A DNA stretch of 64,000 nucleotides. Source: a virus. Its lineage: Duplodnaviria > Heunggongvirae > Uroviricota > Caudoviricetes > Demerecviridae. Location of the stretch: positions 7,652 to 71,651 of IMG/VR virus record IMGVR_UViG_2974655058_000001. The stretch is one strand, 5' to 3'. Each line of letters opens with the position of its first letter. Position 1 is the stretch's first letter. Of this stretch, positions 34,558 through 45,277 are shown in pieces. The notes beneath the pieces are model-generated. The model did not search any database. It saw nothing but the letters and a program-made list of their open reading frames with translations, and was not told the origin of the DNA. The position numbers were made by a program, and so were the translations under genes.

Positions 34558-34862
34558 TCATATTCAACACGATTGGGATTTTCTTTGTACCCTAAGTCAA
34601 GCAAATCATTACGCATAGTTTGCTTAGCTACGGGATTCGAGGTTACTAGTACCACTTTCTTTGGTCTCTGCCCAAATTCTAAGAGTAAACGAAGAATTTG
34701 ATAACCTTCCATACCATCTACAGCCAAGTCATTATCCATATAAACGAAGTGGCCTGTGGTATCAGTTTTATTCAGAAACTCGACAGCGGCTTCGGGGGTT
34801 CGAATGATAATGTCCATTCCGTGAAGATTACGCACATCATCAATCAAAATATGAAAAGTCAT
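34545..34862 (-). CDS. CheY-like receiver-domain-like protein (orphan)
   Basis: ILIDD...YMDNDLAVDGMEG...VLVTSN...K pattern resembles the receiver fold. Confidence 0.45.
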   Translation of the reverse strand: MTFHILIDDVRNLHGMDIIIRTPEAAVEFLNKTDTTGHFVYMDNDLAVDGMEGYQILRLLLEFGQRPKKVVLVTSNPVAKQTMRNDLLDLGYKENPNRVEYDWQE

Positions 34863-35304
34863 AATAGCCTCGTTTCATCAATTTAAAAATATATTATACA
34901 GAAAACTTAATAAATTAGCAAATACATTTTTAAATTGTGAAACTAGTAAACCGATAAACAGCCTAGAGGCGCCACAGGCCATATCTTACGAGCCATGTAC
35001 CTTTGATCTAGGGTTTGGATCATCAACGAATACTTTGCATCTTTTAGCTTTAGAAGTTTAGAAGTTTGAGTTCTTTAAACTTTTCAGCTTTCATACTTAA
35101 ATGTTGATCTTTGAAGTTGTGTCGGTAATATCAACGACTCTTTGTTTTTACGTGTCAGATTAAATGTCTGATGTAATAAACATAATCTCCAATAGATTAT
35201 ACTTTATAGTATGGTCAGCGGTCTTATTTAACCTCGTATTTCAACCGCTGCTGCGAGGTAAGATGCTTGGGCTTTCGTCTACCGATTTACTAGCTTTTAA
35301 ATTA

Positions 35305-35943
35305 TTACTCTACTTCAATGAAAGTAGAGGCGTTAGACTCGGACAGAACAAAATCAACATTTGTTGCAAAGTCCTGGTATTCCTCGTCATGCTGTTTAAT
35401 CAGCTTCTCCAGTTCCAGCGGATCAATCAAGAATGGAGTATTCTTGAGTTCCAACAGGTTGAGCTGCATTTTAACTTCATCTTCGGAAGTTTTCTTATCG
35501 CGGGTAGCCATGCTATCCTGCAAACGCTCATATTTAGCATCAAACTGTGCTTTCTGCGTATTAAACTTAACCGTAGCGGCATGGAACTGCTTACGCATGT
35601 TAGCCAGCAGTTGAGCTTTAAGTTCCATAGAACGCTTAGCTTCAATTGCTTCCGCAACAGTCATCTTACGAGAGCCAATCTCAACGATTGTTTCCGCATT
35701 GCTTTTAATCAGAGCAGCTTTGATACGATCACGCTGGGACATCATATCCAGCAGAGACTGGAAATCAGTCTTAATACGAGTAGACAGATCAGCTACTTCG
35801 ATTGCAGCGCCAACTACAACCTGGTTTTTATCCTTACCTTCACCAACAGCGATCAGAAGCTGCTGTTCAGTAGCTTTACGGATTTTAGCTTCCAGAGATT
35901 TGATAGTTGCTAGAGCACGAGTTTTAGAAATACGAGTGGTCAT
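35305..35943 (-). CDS. coiled-coil hypothetical protein with host-optimal codon usage
   Basis: ORF track; rich in ctg/gct/cgt codons. Confidence 0.6.
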   Translation of the reverse strand: MTTRISKTRALATIKSLEAKIRKATEQQLLIAVGEGKDKNQVVVGAAIEVADLSTRIKTDFQSLLDMMSQRDRIKAALIKSNAETIVEIGSRKMTVAEAIEAKRSMELKAQLLANMRKQFHAATVKFNTQKAQFDAKYERLQDSMATRDKKTSEDEVKMQLNLLELKNTPFLIDPLELEKLIKQHDEEYQDFATNVDFVLSESNASTFIEVE

Positions 35944-35995
35944 TGTTTCTTCCTTATATGAAGTTTAAGATTTGAATTTGTTTAAATTTGATCTA

Positions 35996-36178
35996 TTACA
36001 GACCCATTGCCAGTAAGGTACGCAGAACAGTATCTTTACTGTTATCAATTTTAGGATTAGCACGATTTAGCATATCAAAGATTTTCTGGACACCTGATTG
36101 ACGTTCAGCCATACGACGAATACCCAGATTACGAGTAGCTTTCTTACCATTTTTACGAACATTTTTAGATACTGGCAT
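35996..36178 (-). CDS. small basic protein
   Basis: ORF track. Confidence 0.45.
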   Translation of the reverse strand: MPVSKNVRKNGKKATRNLGIRRMAERQSGVQKIFDMLNRANPKIDNSKDTVLRTLLAMGL

Positions 36179-36248
36179 ATTTGTTTTCCTTTTATTGTTT
36201 TCTCAAATTTATGAATATATTATACAGAATTTTGGAGCCGGAAGCAAA

Positions 36249-36950
36249 TCAAATTTTCATTTTTTCGATCATAGCTGCAACACAATAGCTCTCAACTAAG
36301 GCATCGAATGCTGGATCATGCTTAACCGGATAGATTCCATAACGAATAGTGTCCATTTTCTCCATTTTAGCGGTTGCCCAGCTAATACCTTCAGCTTCTA
36401 GCTCTTTGTAACTATATCCAGCTTGCATCCAGAGATTACGAAGAGATCGAACATTACCTAAGTTCCAGAATTTCCACGGAACTATCTCTTCATTGGTTCC
36501 AGCATGAAAAGTGTTTGCAGAGTAGATAGTCATATCGAACTCTGGGCCATTGCCATAATACAAAGCATTATCACCTAGAGCCAACTCCATAATATTTTGG
36601 GCCTTAGAGTAGGCAGCATAGTTAGAGCCGAGTTTACTAGTACAATGATGTTTACCGTTTTGGAATGCAATCAGCTTTGGATTACGCTCGTTCGTAGCTT
36701 CCATAATGTGGATAGCAGACGGGCTATGCTTAGCTTGATCCATCCAGAATGCTAGAGTAGACGCTGTAACTTTAGCACCAGAATTAAGCTGATCTTGTAC
36801 ATCCAAAGTAACAAATACTAGATCAGGGTCTTTATCAATTCCATGCATAGCCACAAAAGCGAATGAAGGCATTGCGATATGAGTAGTACCACAATCTCCT
36901 GGAGTTCCTAGAGATTCAATATCTAGCATACCAAATGGTTTTACTTTCAT
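36249..36950 (-). CDS. DEDDh 3'-5' exonuclease (DnaQ/DexA-like)
   Basis: DIESLG (DxE) motif plus a C-terminal H-x4-D motif. Confidence 0.65.
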   Translation of the reverse strand: MKVKPFGMLDIESLGTPGDCGTTHIAMPSFAFVAMHGIDKDPDLVFVTLDVQDQLNSGAKVTASTLAFWMDQAKHSPSAIHIMEATNERNPKLIAFQNGKHHCTSKLGSNYAAYSKAQNIMELALGDNALYYGNGPEFDMTIYSANTFHAGTNEEIVPWKFWNLGNVRSLRNLWMQAGYSYKELEAEGISWATAKMEKMDTIRYGIYPVKHDPAFDALVESYCVAAMIEKMKI

Positions 36951-36977
36951 AACTTATCCTTATTGTGTAGAAAACTA

Positions 36978-37214
36978 TTAAAGAGCTGTCTCTTTAATAG
37001 ACTCCCACTTCTTGGGGTCTTTAAAACCAGGAAGCATATCCTCACTAACATCCCAGTTCTCTTCCATAGAGAAGTCGGGCCATTCATTCCAGCTACCTTC
37101 CAGCTCTTCATAACAGGTGTCCATTACCTCATGACTAGAAAGTCGTGTATAATCTCTAGCGGACTTATGAGTGCTAGCACGGTTAAAATCATTCTTTGCT
37201 ACAAAATTACGCAT
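36978..37214 (-). CDS. acidic hypothetical protein
   Basis: ORF track. Confidence 0.5.
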   Translation of the reverse strand: MRNFVAKNDFNRASTHKSARDYTRLSSHEVMDTCYEELEGSWNEWPDFSMEENWDVSEDMLPGFKDPKKWESIKETAL

Positions 37215-37255
37215 AGTTTCTCCAAATAAGAGGGGCTTTCGCCCCCTGATTTAAA

Positions 37256-37471
37256 TCACTTGCCCAGCAGTTTAAGGATATTTTCCATAATAGTTTGGGC
37301 AGATTTTTCACTCTTGTTGGTTTCAGCCAACTTTAAAGCGAGTTCTTCCTGCTGTTTCTGAATATCAGCAGCAATTTTCTGATCAGCCTCAATACGAGCT
37401 TGAAGTTCATCAGTGATAGTAGTAAAGGAAGCAACGATTTCAGTAACGGAACGTGGTTTCTTAGAGAACAT
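37256..37471 (-). CDS. small coiled-coil protein
   Basis: ORF track. Confidence 0.45.
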   Translation of the reverse strand: MFSKKPRSVTEIVASFTTITDELQARIEADQKIAADIQKQQEELALKLAETNKSEKSAQTIMENILKLLGK

Positions 37472-37530
37472 AAAAATATCCTGGATTGGTTAGAGAATTA
37501 GTTGACTGTAGGGGCTAAAGCCCCTATCTA

Positions 37531-38046
37531 TTACTTCGCTTTACGCTTGCGAGCTGGTTTAGCAGATTTACGAGCAGAATCGCCTGTGAATTTAATCCCT
37601 ACACCATAGCACAGAGCACGAACGTTATCTTTGCTATATTCTACACCAAAGATATTTGGTTTAACAGAACCGAACTGTCCACGAGTATCACGCAGTACAT
37701 CTGCCGTTGGTTTACGCTTCTGGTTAACTGCCTTCTCATAGTCTTTCATAGACATACCATTACGAGAGAACAATTCAGCCCCAGCGTTGAAGCTCAGGGA
37801 AACTGGGACAGATTTGTGGCCGTAATTTTCTACATACATAACCATTTTGTAGGATTTACGGGTGGCATTTTTAGCTTTAGGCTTCTGACGAATCGGAGCC
37901 GGATTATTCAGTGCTTGCGCAGCCTGAGCATCGGTAGGATGCTTACGCAGGTGACGTTCCAGGCGAGCTTTGCGATTAGCCTCAGTCTTCGGGAAAGTTT
38001 TAACTGCCGGAGCTGCTTGAGTTTTTGCGTTTTTCTGCTTAGCCAT
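37531..38046 (-). CDS. basic (Lys/Arg-rich) protein, possibly nucleic-acid binding
   Basis: K/R-rich termini; host-optimal codons. Confidence 0.55.
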   Translation of the reverse strand: MAKQKNAKTQAAPAVKTFPKTEANRKARLERHLRKHPTDAQAAQALNNPAPIRQKPKAKNATRKSYKMVMYVENYGHKSVPVSLSFNAGAELFSRNGMSMKDYEKAVNQKRKPTADVLRDTRGQFGSVKPNIFGVEYSKDNVRALCYGVGIKFTGDSARKSAKPARKRKAK

Positions 38047-38084
38047 TATTTGTTTTCCTTTTTGTTTATCAATTTATGAAGTAT

Positions 38085-38113
38085 ATTATACGAGAATTTG
38101 AAGCGTTTAGCAA
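38085..38113 (-). promoter_or_regulatory. sigma70 early promoter (conserved module)
   Basis: minus strand: TTGCTA-17-TATAAT followed by ATACTTCATAAATTGATAAACAAAAAGG. Confidence 0.6.
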
Positions 38114-38129
38114 ATGAATTTTTTAAAAA

Positions 38130-38408
38130 TTATCTACCAACCATCTTAGCTTGTTCGGCATCTGAGACATATTGATACGCTCCTTTATTATACGCTGGAG
38201 CAGTACACATTTTCTTACGCTCAATCTCTTCTTGAGCTTTTCTTTCGCGTTCAGCTAATTCTTCGTCTAGGTAAACTAAACGTTGTTCTGGAGGGGGTGG
38301 AAGACGTGTTTCTGGCTCACCAATATTAGCCTTTCTTATTTGACGAGGTGATTGTGCACGTTTTCTCAATGGTTTAAATCCTAGTGAATTTGAGTTATAA
38401 ATACGCAT
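38130..38408 (-). CDS. hypothetical protein
   Basis: ORF track. Confidence 0.5.
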   Translation of the reverse strand: MRIYNSNSLGFKPLRKRAQSPRQIRKANIGEPETRLPPPPEQRLVYLDEELAERERKAQEEIERKKMCTAPAYNKGAYQYVSDAEQAKMVGR

Positions 38409-38485
38409 AAAGCCCTCCTCACTTTCAATACGAATATTATACTAAATTAGAGGGCTTTAAGCAAGAGAATTTTTTAATTTATTTA

Positions 38486-38962
38486 TTACATCTCAGCCAT
38501 TTCAGCTTCAGTAATAACTGTGTTACACAATGCATCTACAGCTTCATTACCACTAATACCAGAATGCCCTTTAACCTTAATAAAGGTAGGATTAGTATTA
38601 TGAAAGTTGATATACTGCTGTGTTAATTTAAATGCTTCCTGCCAAAGTTCTAGATTAAGAGGGACTTCACCATCTGCTTTCTTCCAGCCTTTCCTTTGCC
38701 AAGAAAACATCCAACTTTCCATACCATTTTTGCAATAAGCAGAATCAGTATAGATAACAATTGGTCTATTATCTTTTTTAACTGACCAACGTAGAGCCTC
38801 TACAATAGCCGTGAGTTCCATCTCATTATTTGTAGTTTTAGGACTATACCCAGATTTAGAACCTAAACGATCGTCGTTATCATCATAGACAATAAAACCC
38901 CAAGCGCCTGGACCTGGATTAGACTTACAAGCACCATCTGTATAAATGTGGAAAACGCTCAC
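38486..38962 (-). CDS. rnhA: ribonuclease H
   Basis: IYTDGAC...GxGxWG... full RNase HI fold motifs. Confidence 0.85.
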   Translation of the reverse strand: MSVFHIYTDGACKSNPGPGAWGFIVYDDNDDRLGSKSGYSPKTTNNEMELTAIVEALRWSVKKDNRPIVIYTDSAYCKNGMESWMFSWQRKGWKKADGEVPLNLELWQEAFKLTQQYINFHNTNPTFIKVKGHSGISGNEAVDALCNTVITEAEMAEM

Positions 38963-39507
38963 TTATTAAGTTCCTCTACTGGTGGGTAATAGTTAGTATA
39001 GAAATCTTCTATAACTGCTTCGCTACCATGAAGTGTTTTTCTCAGTTCATTAGCCTTTATGACCGCACTTTCTAGGTCTAAGTAGTCAAAAATACCCCCA
39101 TAAATATTTTTACCCTTATTATCAATCACCTGTACTTGCCATTTCTGTAGTTGTTTGTTCCAGTGTACACCTAGATATCCAGATTTACTCGATGCGGTAC
39201 AGTTTCTATTATTAGACTGGCTTGTAGCTTCTCTTAGGTTTATCCACCTATTATCTGACCTAATCCTATTTTTGTGGTCTATTAAATCTGGTATTGATCC
39301 TGTCATGTATAGAAAGGCTAGTCTATGTGCTAAATAATCTATTTTATCTATCTTAATAGTTATATAGCCATCTTTTCTTAGGTATCCAGCGGGTGAACCT
39401 GCTTTTCCTCCCCTACCACGACTTACCTTATTAGTAAATATACCGGTATCTGGATCATAGATTAATAATTCTTTTAATCTTTCTTGGCTAGGTAACTTTT
39501 TATTCAT
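38959..39507 (-). CDS. HNH homing endonuclease (AP2/HNH_3-type), paralog 2
   Basis: paralog of 7829..8365; ATGA-coupled. Confidence 0.75.
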   Translation of the reverse strand: MNKKLPSQERLKELLIYDPDTGIFTNKVSRGRGGKAGSPAGYLRKDGYITIKIDKIDYLAHRLAFLYMTGSIPDLIDHKNRIRSDNRWINLREATSQSNNRNCTASSKSGYLGVHWNKQLQKWQVQVIDNKGKNIYGGIFDYLDLESAVIKANELRKTLHGSEAVIEDFYTNYYPPVEELNK

Positions 39508-39883
39508 CTAACCATCCTATATCTATACTAAGTAATGCTTTTATTCCTGTAATACCTGTACCATAAGTATTATACCGAATAGCACTTCTGCTCTTTACTT
39601 CAAGTATATTTTCATGCTCTGTATTTTCTAGAATTTCTGTAGATATACCTAAATATCCTACTTGATCTTCCTCATCCCAACCCATATCTTCTAGGAGATT
39701 TAGACATAACTCTACCTTCTCATCTCCATTGCCTACAGAGTAGTAGTCTTCTAAAGTCCTGAATTTAGAAGTGATAGAGTCTAGTATTAATAATACCTGT
39801 TCCTTAGTAATAGTTTCTTTATCACCCTGCAAGTAATTGGAGTAATTCAGAAGGGCTTGTTCTAATTCAATTTCTTTACTCAT
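39500..39883 (-). CDS. hypothetical protein
   Basis: ORF track. Confidence 0.5.
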   Translation of the reverse strand: MSKEIELEQALLNYSNYLQGDKETITKEQVLLILDSITSKFRTLEDYYSVGNGDEKVELCLNLLEDMGWDEEDQVGYLGISTEILENTEHENILEVKSRSAIRYNTYGTGITGIKALLSIDIGWLDE

Positions 39884-39982
39884 TTTATTATCCTTTTGTA
39901 CTTATTGAGTATATTATATTTGAAATTGTACTTAATAAGCAAGTACAATTTCAAATATAATAGCCCCGAAGGGCTATTTAAG

Positions 39983-40822
39983 TTAAGAAGACATCTTAGC
40001 TTTAAGAGCTGGGTGAGGATCGTACCCCTCTAAATGGAGTGACCAAGCTGCCGTATTATTTTCTAATAAATCGTAAAGATCTACAAACTCTGGCATTACT
40101 AGAGTAGGTAAAGCACGAGGTTTACGTTTTACTTGTTCTTCTACCTGTTCCATGTGGTCATTATAGATATGAGTATCACCGCCACTAAAGATAAGATAAC
40201 GAGGTTTTAATCCTGTCAGTTTTGCTAATATATGCGTTAATAAAGCATAACTAGCAATATTGAAAGGTAGGCCTAGAAAACAGTCTACAGAACGTTGTGT
40301 CCATTTAAGGTCTAAGTATCCATCATTACTTACGTAACACTGAAAACCATAATGACATGGTGGTAGTGCCATCTTATCCAGTTCAGCAACGTTCCATGCG
40401 GATACTAGGTGTCTACGACCATGTGGATTATTCTTGAGTCCCTCAATGAGTTCTAAAATCTGATCTCGTCCGCCAAAGTTGCGCCATTGTTTACCATATA
40501 CTGGTCCTAGATTACCCTTATCATACCCCATACTTATGGCTTGGTCTTCATAATTTGGAGTCCAGATGGTCCACTGTCCTTCGTCACGACCAAATGTGAA
40601 TACACGTAGATCATGAAGATTTGTGGAACCAGACAAGAACCATAAAAGTTCTCCTACTACTGATTTCCAGGCCAGGCGTTTGGTAGTTACAGCCGGGAAC
40701 CCTTCACGTAGGTCGAACTTAGCATAGGAATCAAAAATTGAAACTGTGCCTGTTCCTGTACGGTCATTACGGGGTTCACCTAGTAAAATTACATCTGTCA
40801 AAATTTTTAAATATTGTTGCAT
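39983..40822 (-). CDS. thyA: thymidylate synthase
   Basis: NDRTGTGT, KRLAWKSV..ELLWFL, PPCH motifs. Confidence 0.9.
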   Translation of the reverse strand: MQQYLKILTDVILLGEPRNDRTGTGTVSIFDSYAKFDLREGFPAVTTKRLAWKSVVGELLWFLSGSTNLHDLRVFTFGRDEGQWTIWTPNYEDQAISMGYDKGNLGPVYGKQWRNFGGRDQILELIEGLKNNPHGRRHLVSAWNVAELDKMALPPCHYGFQCYVSNDGYLDLKWTQRSVDCFLGLPFNIASYALLTHILAKLTGLKPRYLIFSGGDTHIYNDHMEQVEEQVKRKPRALPTLVMPEFVDLYDLLENNTAAWSLHLEGYDPHPALKAKMSS

Positions 40823-41355
40823 TAATAAGTAACCAATTCCTGTACAAATCGCAGGCTGTTATCACTGTTTGCGCCAACTGCATAGACTAATCGGGTGGAT
40901 TCATAGTTATAATCCAGTATCATACTATCTAGGTGTGTATCTGCCTCTAGCTTCTGTTCGCTAAAGATTGTAGATACAAAAGCACTTTCTATATGCCCAT
41001 GTTGGTACATTTCTAGAAGAAGATTAGCTCCACCTAGAACTACTGTTTGCTGATCTTTTAGAAAAGTAGGTAATGTATCACCTATCATTGATATGGGAGT
41101 GTAAATATCATGTGTAATATCGTCTGGCAGTGGACGATCAGCACGAATAAATAGGTCAGAAGCTCCAATCATACGTTCCCTAACGGCGTATGGGAGAGCT
41201 AAATAAGTACACGCCCCAATAATAATATTATCAGGATTTAGTACATCTAATTGTGAATAAAAAGCATCTAGTTCTTCTTTAAAAGAACCCCAGGGGAGCT
41301 TACCTCGGAGGCCGAACTCCCCATTCGGCCCAACTGCATACATTGCTGTAATCAT
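40822..41355 (-). CDS. dihydrofolate reductase
   Basis: MITAMYAVGPNGEFGLRGKLPW DHFR N-terminus. Confidence 0.85.
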   Translation of the reverse strand: MITAMYAVGPNGEFGLRGKLPWGSFKEELDAFYSQLDVLNPDNIIIGACTYLALPYAVRERMIGASDLFIRADRPLPDDITHDIYTPISMIGDTLPTFLKDQQTVVLGGANLLLEMYQHGHIESAFVSTIFSEQKLEADTHLDSMILDYNYESTRLVYAVGANSDNSLRFVQELVTY

Positions 41356-42497
41356 AGGAAATCTCCAAATTCATTGCCCAGATCTTTCAGAGTATCAGTA
41401 GAGGTCTCAGTTACCTGACCTACACGGTAAGCTGCACCAATCTGGATTTCTTGTGGAGCAGGCTGTAGAGAAGTAGTATCCAACCAGTTCATGATCCACG
41501 GAATAGGGTTTTTGGTGATTACTGGTAAGTGACTAGGCCATTCTACACCAATGTGCATAAATGCGTTACGTCCCACAAAGTACAAGTATTCTTCTAGAAG
41601 TTCTGCATTCAAACCAATCAGACTACGACCTTTGAAGATGAAATGACCCCATTCAATTTCAGTTTTCAGAGTTTTCAGGAGCTGTGCTGGTGCTTTAGCC
41701 ACTGCTTCATCTACCAGATCTTTGTCAAACTGCTGGAACATAATCTGGATGATTGTTTTAGACATCTGAGTATGTAGGGCTTCATCTTTAGCAATCAATT
41801 GCAGATTTTTAGCAATACCTTGCAGAATATCGTTCTCTGCTAACGCAAAGGTACATGCAAAGGATGCGTAGAACTGCATTGCTTCCAGACCGTAGATTGC
41901 AAAATAAGCATCTAACAGTTTAGCCTGAGTTTCACGCTTAACTTCAGGGAACTCAGTTTCTGGATATGTATTGTCACCACGATGATCACGTACCGCGATG
42001 AAATACTGACCTAACTGGTACAGTTCATCGAACAGCTCAACAGAATCAGCGATACGTGCGAATGCTTCTTGGTTTTTGGTTACAGAATCAATAAATTCTG
42101 CTGGATCAGTCAGCACATTACGAATAATATTACTATAAGCACGACTATGCAGGTCTTCAAAATAGCTCCACTGCTTGAGCATACCTTCCAACTCTGGACG
42201 ACTTACAAGTGGCATAATAGCTGCTTCAGGAGCACGACTGATAAAGGAATCTGTTTGAGTCTGCCATGCTAAGTTCAGGAGTGTAATTTCCTGAATTTCA
42301 CGCGGGAGATTAGGCCATTGTTTCTTATCTGCTTCCAGACTGATTTCAGTTTCAGTCCAAAATTGAGAACGCTGTAATAGCGCTAAACGTTCTAATTCTG
42401 GATGGGCTACACGTACGTAGTCTGCGATACCAAGAGAGTCTCCCAGGAAAAGATCAGCGTTAGTATGATCCCAATTCAGGTTTAGTAAAGTAGTCAT
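41352..42497 (-). CDS. nrdB: ribonucleotide reductase class Ia small subunit
   Basis: di-iron/tyrosyl-radical motifs (EALH, FYASFA). Confidence 0.85.
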   Translation of the reverse strand: MTTLLNLNWDHTNADLFLGDSLGIADYVRVAHPELERLALLQRSQFWTETEISLEADKKQWPNLPREIQEITLLNLAWQTQTDSFISRAPEAAIMPLVSRPELEGMLKQWSYFEDLHSRAYSNIIRNVLTDPAEFIDSVTKNQEAFARIADSVELFDELYQLGQYFIAVRDHRGDNTYPETEFPEVKRETQAKLLDAYFAIYGLEAMQFYASFACTFALAENDILQGIAKNLQLIAKDEALHTQMSKTIIQIMFQQFDKDLVDEAVAKAPAQLLKTLKTEIEWGHFIFKGRSLIGLNAELLEEYLYFVGRNAFMHIGVEWPSHLPVITKNPIPWIMNWLDTTSLQPAPQEIQIGAAYRVGQVTETSTDTLKDLGNEFGDFL

Positions 42498-42603
42498 TGA
42501 TTTTCCTCTTTCTCACTATTTCAGGAATATTATAGCAAATCAGGCAGCGATTAGCAAGTAAAATTTCAAAGAAAAAGGAGACCCGAAGATCTCCTTATTT
42601 TTA

Positions 42604-44934
42604 TTAGATAGTACAACCACCAGAAGCACAACCCGCTGCTTCTTCTCCAGCTCCACCACCATTTGCGGTATTGAAGTTAGCGTAATACCAAGTCTTCCAA
42701 CCGTATTTAACAGCAGTCATGAAATCACGAACTACTACTGGGCCAGGAATGATTTCATTCTCAAACTTGGTGTAGTCGTAGTACATATTAGTACTGATAG
42801 ACTGGCTGAAGAATTTCTGCATAGTTGCTACCCATTTGATCCACTCAATACGATCTACATCATAAGCCAGTTTATAGCTCATTAAAGTTTCCCAATCGGT
42901 TGCACCTGGGGCAATTGCAATTACTTTATTCACTGCACTACCCTTTATAGATACAATCTTACGAGGTGGTTCGATAGAGTTAGTAACACCTAACAGAACA
43001 GAGGAACTTTCTCCTGGCATCTGAGCAGTCAGAACAGAGTTACGCATACCGTATTTCAGAATATCTGCACGCAGAGATTCCCAATCCATTTCTAGATCTA
43101 CAGATACCAGCTCATCAACAGTTTTCTTATACGTGTCGATTACCAGAGTTCCTTTGGATGGTTTAGTACGATTAAACCATTCACATGCACCTTGTTCTTT
43201 AGCCAGACGTACAGAGGCTTTATGCAGGAAGTAGGATAGTTTTTCAGCTTCACGATGAATCCAGTTACGTGCTTCAACGCCTTCATAAGCCAGACCTTCT
43301 GCTGCCATTGCACCTGCTGCGTTCATAAGGCCAATACCAACGTTACGACGTTTCTTAGCTGTATATTCCATAGTTGGGAACGGATAATCCTGAATTTCAA
43401 TAATTGTATCAACGAATTTCAAAAGAATATAGCAAGTTTTTTCCCACTCAGCCAGAGATTCCATGCGCCCAAGTACAACACCCCCTAAGTTACACAGAGA
43501 TACTTCACCAATATCCTCCGGCTTCATTTGATCAAGCTGCTCTTTTGTTTTATACAGTTCCGTGATATGATGGAACGGGCGTGTAGGTTGAGTAATTTCA
43601 ACACAAAGGTTTGTCATACGGATCGGATCAAGGAAGTTACCGTGACGATTAGATTCCCCAATGTGGTGAGCATACATACGTCCTGTTTCCATTCGGATAC
43701 GTAGCCAAGTATCTAGGATTTCTTTTGAAGAGACTTTAGGAGCTGCAGGAACTGTTTTTCCTTCGTGGTCGATCTTTGTAAGAGATGCCACACGTTTCTC
43801 CGCTGCCACGTAGATTTCTTCAAATTTAGCCTCGTCATCACTATAAAACGCTTCATGAACTTCTGGAGCATAGAAGTATGACATTAGCGTAATATCTTCG
43901 TTTTTAAGATAACGTTTTAACAAAAGATTGTTGAAGCTCAGAGAATAATCCATCTTATCGATTTTATTCTCATCTGTAGCACGTTGTTGCTTAACCTGCA
44001 TCAATTGAATGATTTCAGGGTCGAAGTATGGATAAGACACTGTAGCAGAACCACCACGAGTTTGCTGAGTATTGGCCTTTACTGAGCGGTCAATGTGTCG
44101 ATAATATGGCAGTTTTCCGGAATGCGGGAATGCCCCATTTCGCACCGGATCAGCAATTGATCGGCTTTCAAGATGATACCCGATTCCCGCTCTGGCTGCG
44201 ACCATTTTGAAGACGATGTGCTCGGCGGTGTCGATTGAATCCAACGTGTCAGTGGAATCCACGAGACAGCAACTAGCAAATCCACGGTCACTAGAGCGCA
44301 GACCAACCAGTGGCGGCGTAGGAACGTTGATTTTGTGGAGTGACATTGCGTTGTAGAGGTCGATTGCATCTAGAATTGTCCAGTTAGGTTGAGAAAGCAT
44401 CGCCATTGCCATACCCATGTAGGCAAACTGCGGGGTTTCATAAATTTCACCAGTGGCTATATTACGACGGGAATACTTATCAAAGAACTGCTTCAGCCCA
44501 CCACTAGTAAAAAGACGGTCACGATCATGGTCGATAACCTGATTCAGAGCCTCAAATTGCTCATCGGTAATCCATGCACTCATGTCTTCCCATGCACCTA
44601 CGCTAACCATGTGGTCATGGAAGAAGCGTAGAGAAGGTGGTTCGAAGGAATCATAAAGGCGTTTACGCATCTGCGCAAGACGTAATTCCTTTGCAGGCAC
44701 GTCGTATGCTGGATTATCTTTGATAAGACTTTCAGCAGCTTTAATTAACGCATCCATCAGAGTATCGGAATCTACAACCCCTTTAGGCAGAGTTTTTTGA
44801 GCAGCCATAGTAATGGCTGACCAACTTACATCAACTGTTTTGCAACCATACTCTGTCCAACCATTGAGTTTTTCAGGAGCAAAGTCTTCTACAGTACCGT
44901 CACGTTTAATTACTTTTTCAATGCGATGGCTCAT
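42604..44934 (-). CDS. nrdA: ribonucleotide reductase class Ia large subunit
   Basis: ATP-cone KVIKRDG, NLCVEITQPT; start placed at MSHRIEKV with an AAGGAAA RBS (the longer ORF extends to 45039). Confidence 0.85.
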   Translation of the reverse strand: MSHRIEKVIKRDGTVEDFAPEKLNGWTEYGCKTVDVSWSAITMAAQKTLPKGVVDSDTLMDALIKAAESLIKDNPAYDVPAKELRLAQMRKRLYDSFEPPSLRFFHDHMVSVGAWEDMSAWITDEQFEALNQVIDHDRDRLFTSGGLKQFFDKYSRRNIATGEIYETPQFAYMGMAMAMLSQPNWTILDAIDLYNAMSLHKINVPTPPLVGLRSSDRGFASCCLVDSTDTLDSIDTAEHIVFKMVAARAGIGYHLESRSIADPVRNGAFPHSGKLPYYRHIDRSVKANTQQTRGGSATVSYPYFDPEIIQLMQVKQQRATDENKIDKMDYSLSFNNLLLKRYLKNEDITLMSYFYAPEVHEAFYSDDEAKFEEIYVAAEKRVASLTKIDHEGKTVPAAPKVSSKEILDTWLRIRMETGRMYAHHIGESNRHGNFLDPIRMTNLCVEITQPTRPFHHITELYKTKEQLDQMKPEDIGEVSLCNLGGVVLGRMESLAEWEKTCYILLKFVDTIIEIQDYPFPTMEYTAKKRRNVGIGLMNAAGAMAAEGLAYEGVEARNWIHREAEKLSYFLHKASVRLAKEQGACEWFNRTKPSKGTLVIDTYKKTVDELVSVDLEMDWESLRADILKYGMRNSVLTAQMPGESSSVLLGVTNSIEPPRKIVSIKGSAVNKVIAIAPGATDWETLMSYKLAYDVDRIEWIKWVATMQKFFSQSISTNMYYDYTKFENEIIPGPVVVRDFMTAVKYGWKTWYYANFNTANGGGAGEEAAGCASGGCTI

Positions 44935-45078
44935 TTGGTTTTCCTTTTTATAGTTATCAGGATTTAGGAAATAGTTTACTTTATTCTCAGTCATTTGGCA
45001 AATAAAATTTTCTGATAGAAAAGGCCCGAGTATTTTCATACCCAGGCCTTCTGTGTTGTCAGTCTAGTTTTTGGCCAC

Positions 45079-45276
45079 TTAAGTTCTCAGCAGAATATCT
45101 ATTGAGGTACTTAGTTCATTATAATTGAAGGGCCGATTTGGATTTGAGGTTACAATTTTCCACGCTAGGGTAGTCTTAGGACTATCTTCCCCTTCCTTAC
45201 GTGTAATCATATTAGCAGCACTCAGTGAAGTACGATGTATTTTTGTTTTACGGTGTAGATGTACGACGTTTCCCAT
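45079..45276 (-). CDS. small hypothetical protein between phoH and nrdA
   Basis: ORF track; abuts the phoH stop. Confidence 0.4.
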   Translation of the reverse strand: MGNVVHLHRKTKIHRTSLSAANMITRKEGEDSPKTTLAWKIVTSNPNRPFNYNELSTSIDILLRT

Positions 45277-45277
45277 A

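Noticed and set aside
35164-35968. Plus-strand ORFs 35164..35913, 35318..35614 and 35699..35968
   Set aside because: They are antisense to the codon-optimised minus-strand gene 35305..35943 and have Leu/Ser-rich artefact composition.
43255-44631. Small ORFs inside nrdA on both strands
   Set aside because: They are nested within a well-supported 776-aa NrdA coding sequence.
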